From Mobula hypostoma (taxonomy: Eukaryota), in contig NC_086108.1 in the NCBI RefSeq assembly GCF_963921235.1, positions 25,730,001 through 25,794,000 on the forward strand: a stretch of 64,000 nucleotides of DNA, read 5' to 3'. The notes under the pieces are model-generated. The model was given only the letters and a program-made list of their open reading frames with translations. It ran no database searches and was not told the origin of the DNA. Below, piece after piece: positions 36,778-50,117 of the stretch. Within the stretch, counting starts at the first letter, position 1, and every line of letters starts with the position of its first letter. The position numbers were made by a program, and so were the translations under genes.

Positions 36778-37070
36778 GGCTGGCATAGTAGCATAGTGGT
36801 AAGCACAATGCTTTGGTGCACAGGTGACCTAGGCTCAATTCATGCCACTGTCTGTCAAGGGTTTGTACGTTCTCCCCGTTACCGCGTGGGTGTCCTCCAG
36901 GTGCTCCAGTTTCCGCCCACAGTCCAAAGATTTATCAGTCGGTAGTTTAACTGATCATTGTAAATTGTCCTGTGGTTAGGCTAGGGTTTATCGGGAGACT
37001 GCTGGGCAGCATGGCTTGAAGAGCTGGAAGAGCCTATTTGTGCTGTATCACAATAAGATTTAAAAATATA
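36778..37070 (+). mobile_element. HE1-like V-SINE nested in CR1
   Basis: A-box-like TAGCATAGTGG, B-box-like GGCTCAATTC, core GTGCTCCAGTTTCC.CCCACAGTCCAAAGA. Confidence 0.85.
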
Positions 37071-37622
37071 TATTCTGGTCCTCTTGAAATGACTGCTGAC
37101 ATTGCATTTTGCTTTCTTACCACTGACTCTACCAGCAAGTTAAATTGTAGAGAATCCTGCATGAGTATTCCCAAGTCCCTTTGAAAATTGGATTTTTGAA
37201 TGTTATCCCCATCCATTAAAGTCTACACCTTTATTCTTTCTACCAAAATGCATGACCATACACTTCCCTACACTATATTCCATCTGCCATTTCTTTGCTC
37301 ATTTTCCCAATCTGTCCAGGTCCTTCTGCAGACTTCCTGTTTGCTGAACACTACCGGCCCTACCACTTTCCTTCATATTGTCAACAAACTTGGCCACAAA
37401 GCCATCAATTACATCATCCAAATCATTGACGTATAGCTTGACAAGAAGCGGTCCCAGTACCAAGTCATGGAGATCACCAGTAGCCAACCAACGAAGCTCC
37501 CTTTATTCCCACTCTTTGCCTCCTTTCAGACGGCCAATTTTCTATCCGGGTTAGTATCTCTTCTGTAATATCATGGGCTCTTATCTTATTAAGCAGCCTC
37601 ATGTGCAGCACTTTGTCAAAGG

Positions 37623-37858
37623 GGAGGGGAGGGTGGGAACATCCACTCAGACCATGAGAGGCCTGCGTCGGGCATTTTCATGCCTTACAAGGCTCAGATT
37701 GGAAGTCTGTGTGGGGCACCACTCCTCGCACAGACTAGAGCAATGTGTGATTAAGTGCTTTGCTCAAGGGCACAAACACACTGCCACAGCTGAGGCTCGA
37801 ACTAGCTACCTTGAGGTAACTAGACAAACGCCTTAACCACTTGGCCATGTGCCCAACA
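37623..37858 (-). mobile_element. tRNA-derived SINE with RTE-type 3' end
   Basis: Minus strand A box TGGCCAAGTGG, B box AGTTCGAGCC; 6-bp TSD CAAAGG at 37617-37622 and 37859-37864. Confidence 0.88.
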
Positions 37859-40399
37859 CAAAGGCCTTCCTAAGATCCAAGTAAACAACAGCCACTGACT
37901 TTCCTTTGTCTATTGTGTCTTTTATTTCCCTAAAGAATTCCAATAGATATCTCTGGCAAGCTTACTCCTTGAAGAAACAATGCTGACTTTGACTTATTTA
38001 ATCATGTACCTTTAAGTATCCCGAAACCTTATCCTTAATAATGGACTCCAACATCTTCCCCACCACTGAATTTAGGCAAACTGGCCTGTAATTTTCTTTC
38101 TTCTGCCACCCTCCCTTCTTAAAGAGTGGAGTGACATTTGCACTTTTCCAGTCTTCCAGACTCATTCCAAAATCTAGTGGTTCTTGAAAGATCATTACTA
38201 ATGCCTTCACAATCTCTTCAGCTTCCTTTTTCATAACCATGGAGTGTAGTCCATCTGGTTCTGGTGATTCATCTACATTCAGACCTTTCGGCTTCAGAAC
38301 CACCTTCTTTCTAATAATAGCAACTACACTCACTTCTGCCCCCGGCACTCTTGAATTTCTGCCATACTGCTCTGTCTTCCACAGTGAAGATTGGCTCAAA
38401 ATACTTCTTAAGTTCGTCTACCATTTCTTTGTTCCCCCATTATTACCTCTGCAGCATAATTTTCCAGCAATTCAATATCCACTCTCACCTCTCTTTTACT
38501 CTCTAAGTATCTGCAAAATGCCTGCAAATTCCAGCTGCTAGCATAAGGTACATTGCCCCTTGAGAAACTATAGATAGTTCAAGCCAAATTGATCAGATGG
38601 ATACATGTTGCTATTGTTTGCTTCCTTAAATCACTCATGAGTCATTCTCATGAATTGAGTGTGCATCTTGTGGTGGGTTAAATAGGCTTATGAAATTTTT
38701 AGCACCAATTTTCTAATGCTATCCCACCACCAGCAGTCTCCCCAGAATTAGTCCTTTTGATTAGGACTGACAGTGTCTCTTCATTCATAACCTTTCTGTG
38801 GCTTTAGCTGCCAGAAATGAGGTGAAGGGTATACTTTATTCTGGAGGGACAGATAGAATGAGCTGTTTCTGACACTCCCTGCCCCATCTATGGGATTGTC
38901 TTGGGTTCCCACATTGATCTCACCAGTCGCTTCAGAGCCTATTAACCTGGTGGGGAAGCAATTCACCCTCGATCCAAGGGATTGCCTAAGAAGAGAACTT
39001 AACTGTATCTTGACAAAAGAAAACAAAACAAGTGTTGTTTTCAGTAGTGCTACATATACTTTGAAATGTTCAGTCTGAAAGGTAGCATAAATATGTGTGA
39101 CATTAATACTACACTGCACAAGTATTTTTCTACCACTTGACTAAACAATTGGATCCAGTTATGCATTTTTGGAGTTCTTGATGGTGTATAGACAGCCTGT
39201 TGGGAGATACTTGTGGAGAAAAGCTCATTGCATACTTTGGATATGGTCTACTGCATTTCAAACAATCTCTTTGCACAGTGCTACAAGCTTTTCACATATC
39301 TGATCTGTAGCTATCAAGTTTCCAACGTTTGACTCTGCTGCCTGCTCACTCATGAGAAGTCTCAAAAGTTCATGTGTTTGCTAAAATGACAAAGAGGCTT
39401 TTGTATCTTGCGGAAATATTGGTGAAGTCTGACTACTTCAAAGAAAATCTGCCAAGTGATAGATCTGTAGAATACTTTTTGGCTGTATCACCATATGTGA
39501 CTATTATCCATGCTGTGCCACATCTTCTGTTGTGATGCATATTCTGGATATTCTCTTTCTCATGTTTGCTAAGCTTACTTTTCAAATTCAAGCATCTGCC
39601 ACTTGTGAGATCAAACAAATGCAAGTAAACTTCTTACTATATTGTTTTGTTTAGATTCTGGTTATAAATGAAAATCAGTCTTCAGTTCTTAAAATGGAAA
39701 TAGAAAGCAGTAATCAGCTTGAAGTTAAAATCAGCTTTGCAAACAAGCTCTGTTTTTAGCACAGATGCTCTGTTTGTGAAAAGCAGATGCTAAGTACTTA
39801 TACCTATCTTATAACCATTCAACGTGTCAGGAGAAGACAATAGGTTGTTTCATGTGGCTTGTTTCTAACAGAAAAGCTGACTCTTAAGTTGCTTAGTTTA
39901 AGGAAGATTACTGACCAGATGGATATTATCATTTAGCATATTAATAGTTGGGAGTTTTAAGAAGTTTGTTTTACATCATTAATTGGGAACTGTGAACACT
40001 ATGCTGAGATCTACGTCTCCAAAAATACTCTTAGACCATTTAAAAAGGATATTTGAGGAAATATCATATGCTTATGAAGTCACCCAAGCAGGAGAAGAAG
40101 GGTATAAATGTAATGAATAGTTCAAGCTTATTAGGAATAGGGTAAAGAATATCAAGAAACTGCGAAGAAACATGGGGTGAACTTGAATCTATCCCTTCTG
40201 CTTCAGTTTCTGTGATGAATGACTTGTTTTTCTGCATTGTGGTATGATTTTTTTTAGCTTATAGGAATTGTACTTATATTTTAGAAATCCTTTGTGAATG
40301 AGAACTGCTTTGTGATTTAAGAAATGGTTTGTGTTTCAGAAAATGATTTACAAAATAGAAACGTTTAAGATAGAAATCCTCTGAGTTTTAAATGCAAAA

Positions 40400-40962
40400 T
40401 ATATGCTATATAGCTAGGGTTCCCAGGACTTTTGCATAGTTCTGTATTTATCGACATAGAGTGAAGAGCAAGTTTTTAAATATAGCAGGAGCAAAGGATG
40501 TTGGGAATGATGAGAGTGAAGGGGTGTGGTACAGGTGGCAGAGAAAGAGTGCCAGGTCTGGGGGTGATGTGGGTGCAGACACACCAACCATGAGACTCCA
40601 AACAATTGGTTCATTGATCATTACACAATGTCTCTCTGGTGCTTCCCGTGTTCTCCCCTCTCCCTTTTCCCCAGCTTATTCTGACTTCTTCTCCCTTCAT
40701 TTCCAGTCCTGATGAAGGGTCTTGGTCTGAAACATCAACTGTTTATTCCCTTTAGTGGATGCTGCCTGACATCATGAGCCCTTCCAGCACATTGTGTGTA
40801 TCGTTTTAGATTTACGGCATCTGCAGTCCCTCTTGTGTCATGAAATGTGTTTATTTTTGCAGCAGCGGTACAGTATAACATATAACACTACTACAGTACT
40901 GTGCAAACATCTTAGGCACCCTAGCTATATATATATGTGCCTAAGACTTTTGCACAATACTA
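40400..40962. mobile_element. Third copy of the Tc1-like composite MITE, with a PLE pLTR at about 40672-40820
   Basis: TIR hairpin 40894-40962; partial hairpin 40400-40444; body similar to 14928-15330. Confidence 0.8.
40704..40741 (+). ncRNA. Hammerhead motif in an older PLE pLTR (variant)
   Basis: CAGTC-CTGATGA-AGGGTCTTGGTCT-GAAA-CATC-AACTG. Confidence 0.55.
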
Positions 40963-40987
40963 TATTTAAGAATGTTTGGATTTGAAC

Positions 40988-42412
40988 TGCAACACCAGTA
41001 GTGAGGACCAAAAAAGTATGGACAAGGGAAGCACAGAGGCACCGAGAGTACTGCTTTAGACTGTATTCGGGGATTCATCTTCGAACCTGGATGAGTATGC
41101 CACAGTTGCTACTGACTTCATTAAAACCTGTGTGGATGAGTGTGTGCCTACAAAGACTTACTGTACATTCCCAAACCAAAAGCTGTGGATGAACCGGGAA
41201 GTACATCATCTGCTGAAGGCTAGATCTGTGGCATTCAAGTCTGGCAACCCAGGCCTGTACCAGAAAACCAGGTATGATTTGCAGAGGGCTATTTCAAGGG
41301 TGAAGGGACAAATTCAAATGAGGTTAGAGGTGACATCAGATGCACGGCAACCCTGGCAGGATCTGGCAGACATTCCTTCCTACAATGTGAATCCTGATAG
41401 CATGAATGGCAGTGATGCTTCAACACCAGATGAACTCAATGCCCTCTATGCCCACTTTGAAAGGAAGAACACCACCACAGCGGTGAAGATCCCTGCTGCA
41501 CCTGATGACCCTGTTATCTCCATCTCAGAGGCCGATGTTAGGCTGTTTTTAAAGAGAGTGAGCCCTCGCAAGGCAGAAGGTCCAGATGGGTTACTTAGTA
41601 AAGCTCTGAAAACCTGTGCCAACCAACTAGTGGGAGTATTCAAGGACATTTTCAACCTCTCACTGCTACAGGCAGAAGTTCCCACTTGCTTCAAAAAGGC
41701 AATAATTATACCAGTGCCTAAGAAGAATAATGTGATCTGCCTTAATGACTATCGCCTGGTAGCACTCACATCTACAGTGATGAAATGCTTTCAGAGGTTG
41801 GTCATGATGAGACTGAACTCCTGTCTTAGCAAGGACCCATTGCAATTTGCCTATCACCGCAATAGGTCAATGGCAAATGCAATCTCAATGGCTCTCCACA
41901 CGGCTTTAGACCACCTGGACAACACAAACACCTACGTCAGGATGCTGTTCATCGACTCTGTGGCATTTAATGCCATCATTCCCACAATCCTTATTGAAAA
42001 GTTACAGAACCTGGGGCTTCTGTACCTCCCTCTGCAATTGGATCGTCGATTTCCTAACAGGAAGACCACACTGTGCACACTGGTGATAACATATCCTCCT
42101 CACTAATGATCAACACTGGTGCACCTCAGGGCTTAGCCCACTGCCCTATTCTCTATATACATTTGACTGTGTGGCTAGGCATAGCTCAAATACCGTTATA
42201 AATTTGCTGACAATACAATCATTGCTGGTAGAATCTCAGGTGGTGACGAGAGGGCGTACAGGAGTGAGATATGCCAACTAGTGGAGTGGTACTGCAGCAA
42301 CAACTTGGCACAACGTCAGTAAGACGAAAGAGCTGATTGTGGACTTCAGGAAGGGTAAAACGAAGGAACACACCCCAATCCGAATAGAGGGATCAGAGGT
42401 GGAGAGAGTGAG
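40988..42412 (+). mobile_element. Internal fragment of a Rex1/Babar LINE (RT), both ends missing
   Basis: ORF 41132-42106: KAEGPDG, IIPVPKK, LNDYRLVALTSTVMKCF, DPLQFAY, RMLFID; downstream GAPQG and KFAD motifs. Confidence 0.93.
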
Positions 42413-42769
42413 CACTGAAAATAAATTTAAGAATGCTTGGATTTGAACATATATCACTGAAAATAAAATGAACTATATTTTGAACTACTTTTTGAGTTGA
42501 AAATAGTTTCTTCTTGGTGTGGTGAGGGAGCCCACTGCTCCAATAGTGGGTATCGACAGTTGAACTCACAGTGGAGAATGAACAGGAAAGTAAACTGTTT
42601 TTTGAAGATCCTGCAGTTATAATATAACCTCCATTTAATGGGAGTGCTCATGGCTATTTATATGAGATAGGGGTTAAAGTCTTCATTTCAATTTAGAACA
42701 TCACAGTCAGCAAACCCAGTACCATCACAGTATCAATACAGCTGAAGAAGTGAAATGTTATATTTGTTG

Positions 42770-43165
42770 GCTATAAGGAGAGTTTGGACAAACTCAGGCT
42801 GTTTTTTTTTCTGGAGTGTTAAAAGCTCAGGAGTGACCTGATAGAAGTATATAAAATTATGAGATCATCAGGTAGTGTCAAATCTTTTTTTGTTCCTGAA
42901 CGGAAATATCGAATACCTCTGTGCATGGCTTTAAGATGAGTGGGAAATGTTTAAAGGAGATACTTGTGGGAAGTTTGAATTGTAAGGGCCTGGAACCTGC
43001 TGCGGGGAAGTGGCGGATGCAGATACTAAGGCAACATTTAAGAGGCATGGGATAGAAGGATACAGACATATGCAGGCCGATGGGGTTAATTTAGATCAGC
43101 ACCGTGGTTGGTACAGACGTCATGGGCTGAAGAGTCTGTTCCCAGCTGTACTCTTCTAGGTTCTC
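42770..43165 (+). mobile_element. Old CR1 3' fragment
   Basis: LRSDLIEVYKIM motif and CR1 tail. Confidence 0.7.
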
Positions 43166-45704
43166 AGAGCTGACACTTATGGATTTAGTATAGATGGCTT
43201 CCATCCAATGTTCTGTATTAATTCCTCTAATTGTGGAGATGTGTTATTTCAGTTTATTAAGGAACTTTTATTATGGCTGTCATCACAATCTGAAGATGGT
43301 TGAGGTATGTTAAAGTCACCTGATAGTGAACCTTGTCTGTGTTGGCAACATGCCAGAGGTGTTTTTGTAAAGCTACAATTATTAAATCACTGTGAAATAC
43401 AGAACTGAACCCAAGCCACTAAGACGTATAATCAATATACTGAAGGTACAGTATTGTAATAACTATGTATCCAAAATGCTCCGAACACATCAACACCTTC
43501 CCATAATACCAATAGCATTTAAACACAACTTGAATTATGTGTGGAATGAATCACGTTCTACAAGGCCGAGGCAAAGAAGGGAACTCTTTTAAAAAGGATT
43601 GGGGAATACCTGATTTAAACTGTATAGATAAATGTAATCAAACATTCTACAATAGTTTTGGAAAATAGTATCTGTGAAATTGAATTGATCAGCATGAAAA
43701 ATTAAGCCACTAATTTCAACCATCCTGTGGATTCTCAAGAATATCATTAAGAGAAATGTCACAGATGATTAGGCCTTGTTCATTTTGTGCTGCTGATCAG
43801 TTTTGAATTGTGCAAAGTTCAATCTCAGACTCTGGCTGCTTCTGCTTAATGATCAAAGAGGATCAGGGAGAATCTCCTTAAGAGTATTCTCCTTTTGAAA
43901 GTGTTATTTGCAGATATTACTATCGGTCCCAGAAGGCCATTTCTGTTTGCACGGAAATAGTAAAAAAGATTAGAGAATATATCAAATAACATGCAGCTTT
44001 TTAAACACACTTTGGAAAACTTCTTCATTAGCTTGACGAACAAATGTTCCAGGGGATGTGCTATTGAGCTTCACGTGCTCAACTGAAAGGGAAAATGGAT
44101 CCAACTTTTGATCACACATCAAAGCAAAGGAGCTCACATAATATTAGTGATTTTTCCCCCAGCCTGACTGGCCCAGGGAGCAAGGGAAAACTGATCATTG
44201 ACTGCATATGAATAGGAGCAGGAGTAGGCCACTCGGCCCCTTGAGTCTGCTGAACCATTTGATATCATAATGGCCAAAATGAATGTAAAAATAATCCTGC
44301 GTTCTTGTTACCTCCTGTTCACCTTTAACACCAACCCCACGATACCCACCCACGCTCTTTACTTATCAAGAATCTATCTTCATCTCACTAAAAATGGTTC
44401 AATGGGGAGAATAAATTGCTTCATTGCTCTCTTGGGTGGGGGCAGGTTCCCTTTCAAGAGGAGGCCTTCTGATTGGTGCAAAGTATATTTTCAGTGACCA
44501 TAAGTCCTAGTTTAATGCAAAGTTCCAACATATATATGCACTGCTGGAATTTGTTGACCTGTTGACCTATGAGAAATTGTACCGGGCTGACCATTTCTGA
44601 AGAACCTCACCAGAGCATCAGTCAAAATTGAAAGAGGAGAAGATGTCCTAATTTAGTTGTTTTAATGTTAACACCTGATGTTCTCTATCCACTCATATCT
44701 ACACTGAAAAAATAGAATAAATCTTTATGTTTTGGCATCTTCAAGCTACGTATCATTTTATCGGAGGTGAAAGAAGTTCGAAGCAACGGTGTAAAATGAT
44801 GGCACCCATACTCAACATGCCATAATCTAACAGGCTCCTGTGCCAGCAAAAGAGGACATGGTATGTGGCAATGTTCATCAGCAGGAGCTTTTTGCACCAT
44901 GTTAAAGCTGTGAAAAATAACAAATAAATATTTCAGTGACATTCAATCCAGAAGGTGCATGCAGAAGGAAGTGTTTCCTGTGTTAAATCCTGCCACACAG
45001 ACCTCATGGAAACACGTTTTCTTTTGATTAAGCTGCACTGATGGCGAAATTAAGCAATGCCTTGCAGGTGAAACCACTTTTTACATTTATATGTTAAGGT
45101 GCAGATATCTTAAAGAATTTATCAGTATCACTTTCTATTACTGCTTTTTTAAGTCAAATAAGTCAATTATCCTTCTCAGCTGGGTCGTTCAACCTTCACT
45201 CCAGTGCTGGAACAAAATTGGATGGCATGGCTTCCTACTCTGCTTCAAATCCTCTTTTGCCTGATTTGGCCCACTTGAATAAAACAAATGCAAATCAGTC
45301 CTTGAGTTCTTCCATTGAGCAAACTTTCAAATGAGATGCACTTTAAAAGCATAATTGGTGACCACATGCTGACTGCACCTGAGACAAAGCAACTGTATGG
45401 GTCCTTGGATTATAAAGCAACTCTTGGATATCTGTAAACACATATACTGTAATAAAACAATGAAACTTTTTGATGTCTGCAAACAATTGTGATTTTTATT
45501 TCACCACACTTTGCAATGCTGTGGGGATTGAGCACAGTTTCATAACAGAATATCTAAGATACTAGGAAATGGAAATTTGAATATACATTAAATCAAATCA
45601 GTCCACAAGTAATAACGAGCCACACCACTACCGATATAGCTAAAATTCTGACATCAAACCAACAAAATGGAAAATTGTCAATTTCCTATATATGAAAAGC
45701 AGCC

Positions 45705-46112
45705 TCGAGATTGGTGAAGTTGTTGACAGTGTAAAGGACTGTCAAAGAATACAGAGGTATATACTGTAGATCATTTACAGATATGGACAGAGAAGTGGCA
45801 GATGGAGTTTAATCTGGGCAAGTGTGAGCTGTTGCACTTCGGAAGGACAAATGAAAGGAGAAAGTGAACAGTTAATGGTAGGCCCCTTAATGGCACTGAG
45901 GTGCAAAGATCTTGGGGACAGGCCCATAGGTCATTGAAAGCAGTTACATGTGAGTAATGTGGTAAAGAAGGCTTGTAGAATGCTTGCCTTCATTTGTAGG
46001 AGTATTAAGTGTAAGAGTAAGGAAATTATGATTCAGCTACACAGAATTTTGGAATACACTTGGAGCATTGTGTGCTGTTCTGGTTTCATTATAGGAAGGA
46101 TGAGGATACTAG
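45705..46112 (+). mobile_element. Old CR1 RT fragment
   Basis: WTEKWQMEFNLGKCELLHFGR; LEHCVLFW. Confidence 0.75.
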
Positions 46113-46309
46113 AGAGGGAAAGAGAATAGGCAGCCAGTGCAGAGCATCCATGTGGCCATGTGCCTCAATAATAAGTATACCGCTTTGCATTCTGTTGGGG
46201 GACGGGTGGGGGATAATGTACGGGGGGAAGCTGCAATGACCAGGTCTCTGGCACTGACTCTGACTCTGTGACTCAGAAGGGACTCAGGGAGAAAAGGAGT
46301 GCAGTAGGG

Positions 46310-47526
46310 CAGGGGTCCCCAACTTTTTTTGCACTGCGGACCGGTTTAATATTGACAATATTCTTGCGGACCGGCCGACCCGGGGCGGGGGGGTAGGGTT
46401 GCCAACAGACAAGAGTAGCAGTCAAAAAATATGTTGTGTTTACCCCCAGAAAGACTACAATGACCATGAAGCCTTGCGCGGGCACCAGTGCGCATGCGTG
46501 ACCTGCGCATGCGTGTACCTGTCGATATTATTCTCTGCAAATCGTTTTTGGCGATTCTATTTGGGGGGGTGTTAATCACAACCGGAATATTGGTAATAAG
46601 GGGCTAATACACTCAATTTCATTTCTAAAAGGGTTATCTAACGAATTTAATATTAAACACACAGCGCATATTTTCCTCGCATGAATATAGTGATAAGTCA
46701 ATCATCAGGGGAGGACGGGGAGATTGAATTAAGTGTTGAAAGAACTTCCAGTAGAAGTGGTAGAGACAGGTTCGATATTATTTAAAGAAAAATTGGGTAA
46801 GTATATGGACAGGAAAGGAATGGAGGGTTATGGGCTGAGTGCAGGTCGGTGGGACTAGGTGAGAGTAGCTTTTGGCACGGACTAGAAGGGCCGAGATCGC
46901 CTATTTCCATGCTATAATTGTTATATGGTTATATAAGTCACTTATCAGTCAATAGCATCAGAACATTTTAAGTAATGTTTGGATATTAAACACACGGCAC
47001 ATATTTTCCCCGTATGAACATATAAAATCATTGCAACACACCAATATCGCTGAATCAGTGGGAGCCCTGGGCTTGTTTCCCTGCAACAACACAGTCCTAT
47101 CAAGGGGTGATGGGAGACAGCAATACTCGAAGGGGGTTCCTTGTGTCCAATCTATTCTGCAATTTAGTTTTCATTGCATTCATTGCAGAGATATGTTGGA
47201 AATGGAAGCAACGTTTTCAGTGCTTTTGTGGCTATCTCAGGATATTTAGCCTTGACTTTGATCCAGAATACCGACAGAGATGTTATGTCAAACATACTTT
47301 TCAGTCTGTCATCATTTGCAAGCTCGAGGAGTTGATCTTCTTCCTGCACTGACATGGATGACATACGTAATGACCTCGCGTGTATTCAAGTTCAACAGTG
47401 GGTGTGACAGGGAGTGAGGAAAGGTGCAGCTACTCATATCGCCAAATCATATCGTTTCTTCGCGGCCCGGTAGCGCATGCTCTGCGGCCCGGTACCGGTC
47501 CGCAGCCCAGTGGTTGGGGACCGCTG
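46310..47526 (-). mobile_element. Non-autonomous hAT-Charlie element
   Basis: TIRs CAGGGGTCCCCAAC / GTTGGGGACCGCTG; 8-bp TSD CAGTAGGG at 46302-46309 and 47527-47534; ORF 47164-47364 FWIKVKAKYPEIATKALKTLLPFPTYLC (hAT dimerisation region). Confidence 0.93.
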
Positions 47527-48221
47527 CAGTAGGGGATTCCATAGTTAGGAGAGCAGACAGGAGATTCTGTGAACTTTAAAGAGGTACCCAGATGCTTTCT
47601 GGGTGCCAGGGTCAGGGATGTTTCGGATCAGGTGGACAGAATTGTAAACGGGGAGTGTGAGCCGCTGGAAGTTGTGGTACATAGACCAATGACATGGGTA
47701 AGAAAAGGGAGGTGGTCCTGAAGAGGTGGAAAACTGAAAAGCAGGAATTCTGGCAGTAATCGTTGGATTGCTGCCTGTGTCACATGCCAGTGAGGATAAG
47801 ATTAGGATGATTTGGCAGATGAATGCGTGGCTAAAGAATTCGTGCAGGGAGCAGTGTTTCAGATTTCTGGATCATTGGGATCTCTTCTGGGAACCAATGT
47901 AGGCAGGGTTTTTGAAAGTGTTGGGGAGGGTTTAAACTAATTTGGCAGTGTGACGGGAACTGGAATGATAGGGTTGAGGATAGGGCAATTGATATACAAG
48001 TAGAAGCAGCATGCAGTGAGACTGTGAGGAAGGACAGGCAGATAATAGGGCAAAATTGCAGTCAGTGGGATGAGTTGCAGTGTAACATGGAGACAAAATT
48101 GAAAAGGATGGTGAATACAGGACTGAAGCTGTTACATTTGAATGTACACAGTAGATGGTATAAAGTAGATGATCTTGTAGCACAGAGAGATTGGCAGATA
48201 TGATGATGTGGACATCATTGA

Positions 48222-49243
48222 TACCAGAGCATACAATCATCACAGCGATATTTGATTCTGCGCTTCGCGCTCCCTGGAGTACAAATCGATAATAAATATT
48301 AAAATTTTAAATTATAAATCCTAAATAGAAAATAGAAAAGGGAAGGTAAGGTAGTGCAAAAAAACAGAAAGGCAGGTCCGGATATTTGGAGGGTACGGCC
48401 CAATCTGGGTCAGGATCCATTCAGCAGTTTTATCACAGTTGGAAAGAAGCTGTTCCCAAATCTGGCCGTACGAGTCTTCAAGCTCCTGAGCCTTCTCCCA
48501 GAGGGAAGAGGGACGAAAAGTGTCTTGGCTGGGTGGGTCGTGTCCTCGATTATCCTGGCAGCACTGCTTTAATTGCGTGCGGTGTAAAGTGAGTCTAAGA
48601 ACGGAAGATTAGTTTGTATGATATGCTGGGTTGTGTTCATGATTTTCTGCAGCTTCTTCTGGTCTTGGACAGGACAACTTCCATACCAGGTTGTGACGCA
48701 CCCTAGAAGAATGCTTTCTATGGTGCATCTATAAAAATTAGTGAGGGTTTTAGGGGACAGGCCAAATTTCTTTAGCTTTCTCAGGAAGTAAAGGCGCTGG
48801 TCGGCCTTCTTGGCAGTGAACTCTGTTGGACCAAGTCAGGTCATTTGTGATATTGACCCCGAGGAACTTAAAGCTTTTGACCTGTTCCACTTGCGCACCA
48901 CCGATTTAATTTTTGTCGTGCGGTCTGCTACTCCTTTAGAAGTCAACAACCAATTCCTTCGTCTTGCTGACGTTGAGGGATAGGTTATTGTCTTCGCACC
49001 ATGTCACTAGGTTCTTAATTTCCTCTCTGTACTCAAACTCATTATTACCTGAGATATGACCTACAATTGTGGTGTCATCAGCAAACTTATATATTGAGTT
49101 CGATGGAAACTTGGCTACACAATCACGGGTGTACAGTGAGTACAGCAGGGGGCTGAGTGCATAGCCTTGTGGGGCACCGGTGCTCAGAGTGATTATAGAG
49201 GAGAGCTTGTCCCCTATTTTTTACAGCTGGGGTCCTGTATGTG
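48222..49243 (-). mobile_element. Rex1/Babar LINE 3' part nested in CR1
   Basis: Minus strand TGAPQGYALSPLLYSLYT, KFADDTTIVG, FKFLGVNI motifs; 3' UTR toward 48225. Confidence 0.88.
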
Positions 49244-50117
49244 ACTAGGCAGAGGGAGTGGGGTTGCTCTGTTGGTAAAAATATGAAATCAAATCCTTAG
49301 AAAGAGGTGACATAGAATCGGAAGCTGTAGGGTCTTTGTGGGTAGAGTTGAGAAACTGCAATTTAAAAAGACCCTGATGGGAGTGATATACAGGCCCCCA
49401 AATGGTAGCCAGGATGTAGGATAGAAATTACAATGGGAGACAGTAAAGGCATGTCAAAAGGCAAACTTACAATAGCCATGGGGCATTTAAATATGCAGGT
49501 AGATTGGGAAAATCAGGTTGGTGCTGGATCATAAGAGAGGGAATGTGTAAAATGCCTACAGGATGGCTTTTTAGAACAACTTATGGTTGAGCTCACCAGG
49601 GGGAATGCAATTTTGGCTTGGGTGTAGTGTAATGAACCAGATTTGATTAGGGATCTTAAGGTAAAGGAACCCTAAGGAAGCAGTAATCAAAATATGATGG
49701 AATTCACCTTATGGTTGAGAAGTTAAGCTAAAATCAGATGTATCAGTATTACAGTAAGTAAAGAGGATTACAGAGGCATGAGAGAGGAGTTCGCTAAAGT
49801 TGGTTGGAAGGGGACACCAACATAGATGACAACAGAACAACAATGGCTGTATTTTTCTGGGTGTCAACGAAAGGAGCAGGATAGATATATCCCAAAGATG
49901 AATAAGGATACTAATGGGAGGATGATGCAACCTTGGCTGACAAGGTAAGTCAAAGACAGCATAAAAGGAAAAGATAGGGCATATAATATGGGGAAAATTA
50001 ATTGGAAGCTTTTGAAAACCAACAGAAGGCAACTAAAATGTCGTAAGGAGGGAAAGATGAAATAAGAAGATAACATAGTTAATAATCTAAAGATAATACC
50101 AAACATTATTTCAGATA

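Larger units (their letters stand above)
35925..38515 (-). mobile_element. Degenerate CR1 LINE with three nested insertions
   Basis: ORFs 37998-38399, 37299-37487, 37034-37216 and 36239-36424. Confidence 0.9.

Noticed and set aside
37780..37858. tRNA gene
   Set aside because: A/B boxes belong to a SINE head that continues into a body, tail and TSD; no complete acceptor stem.
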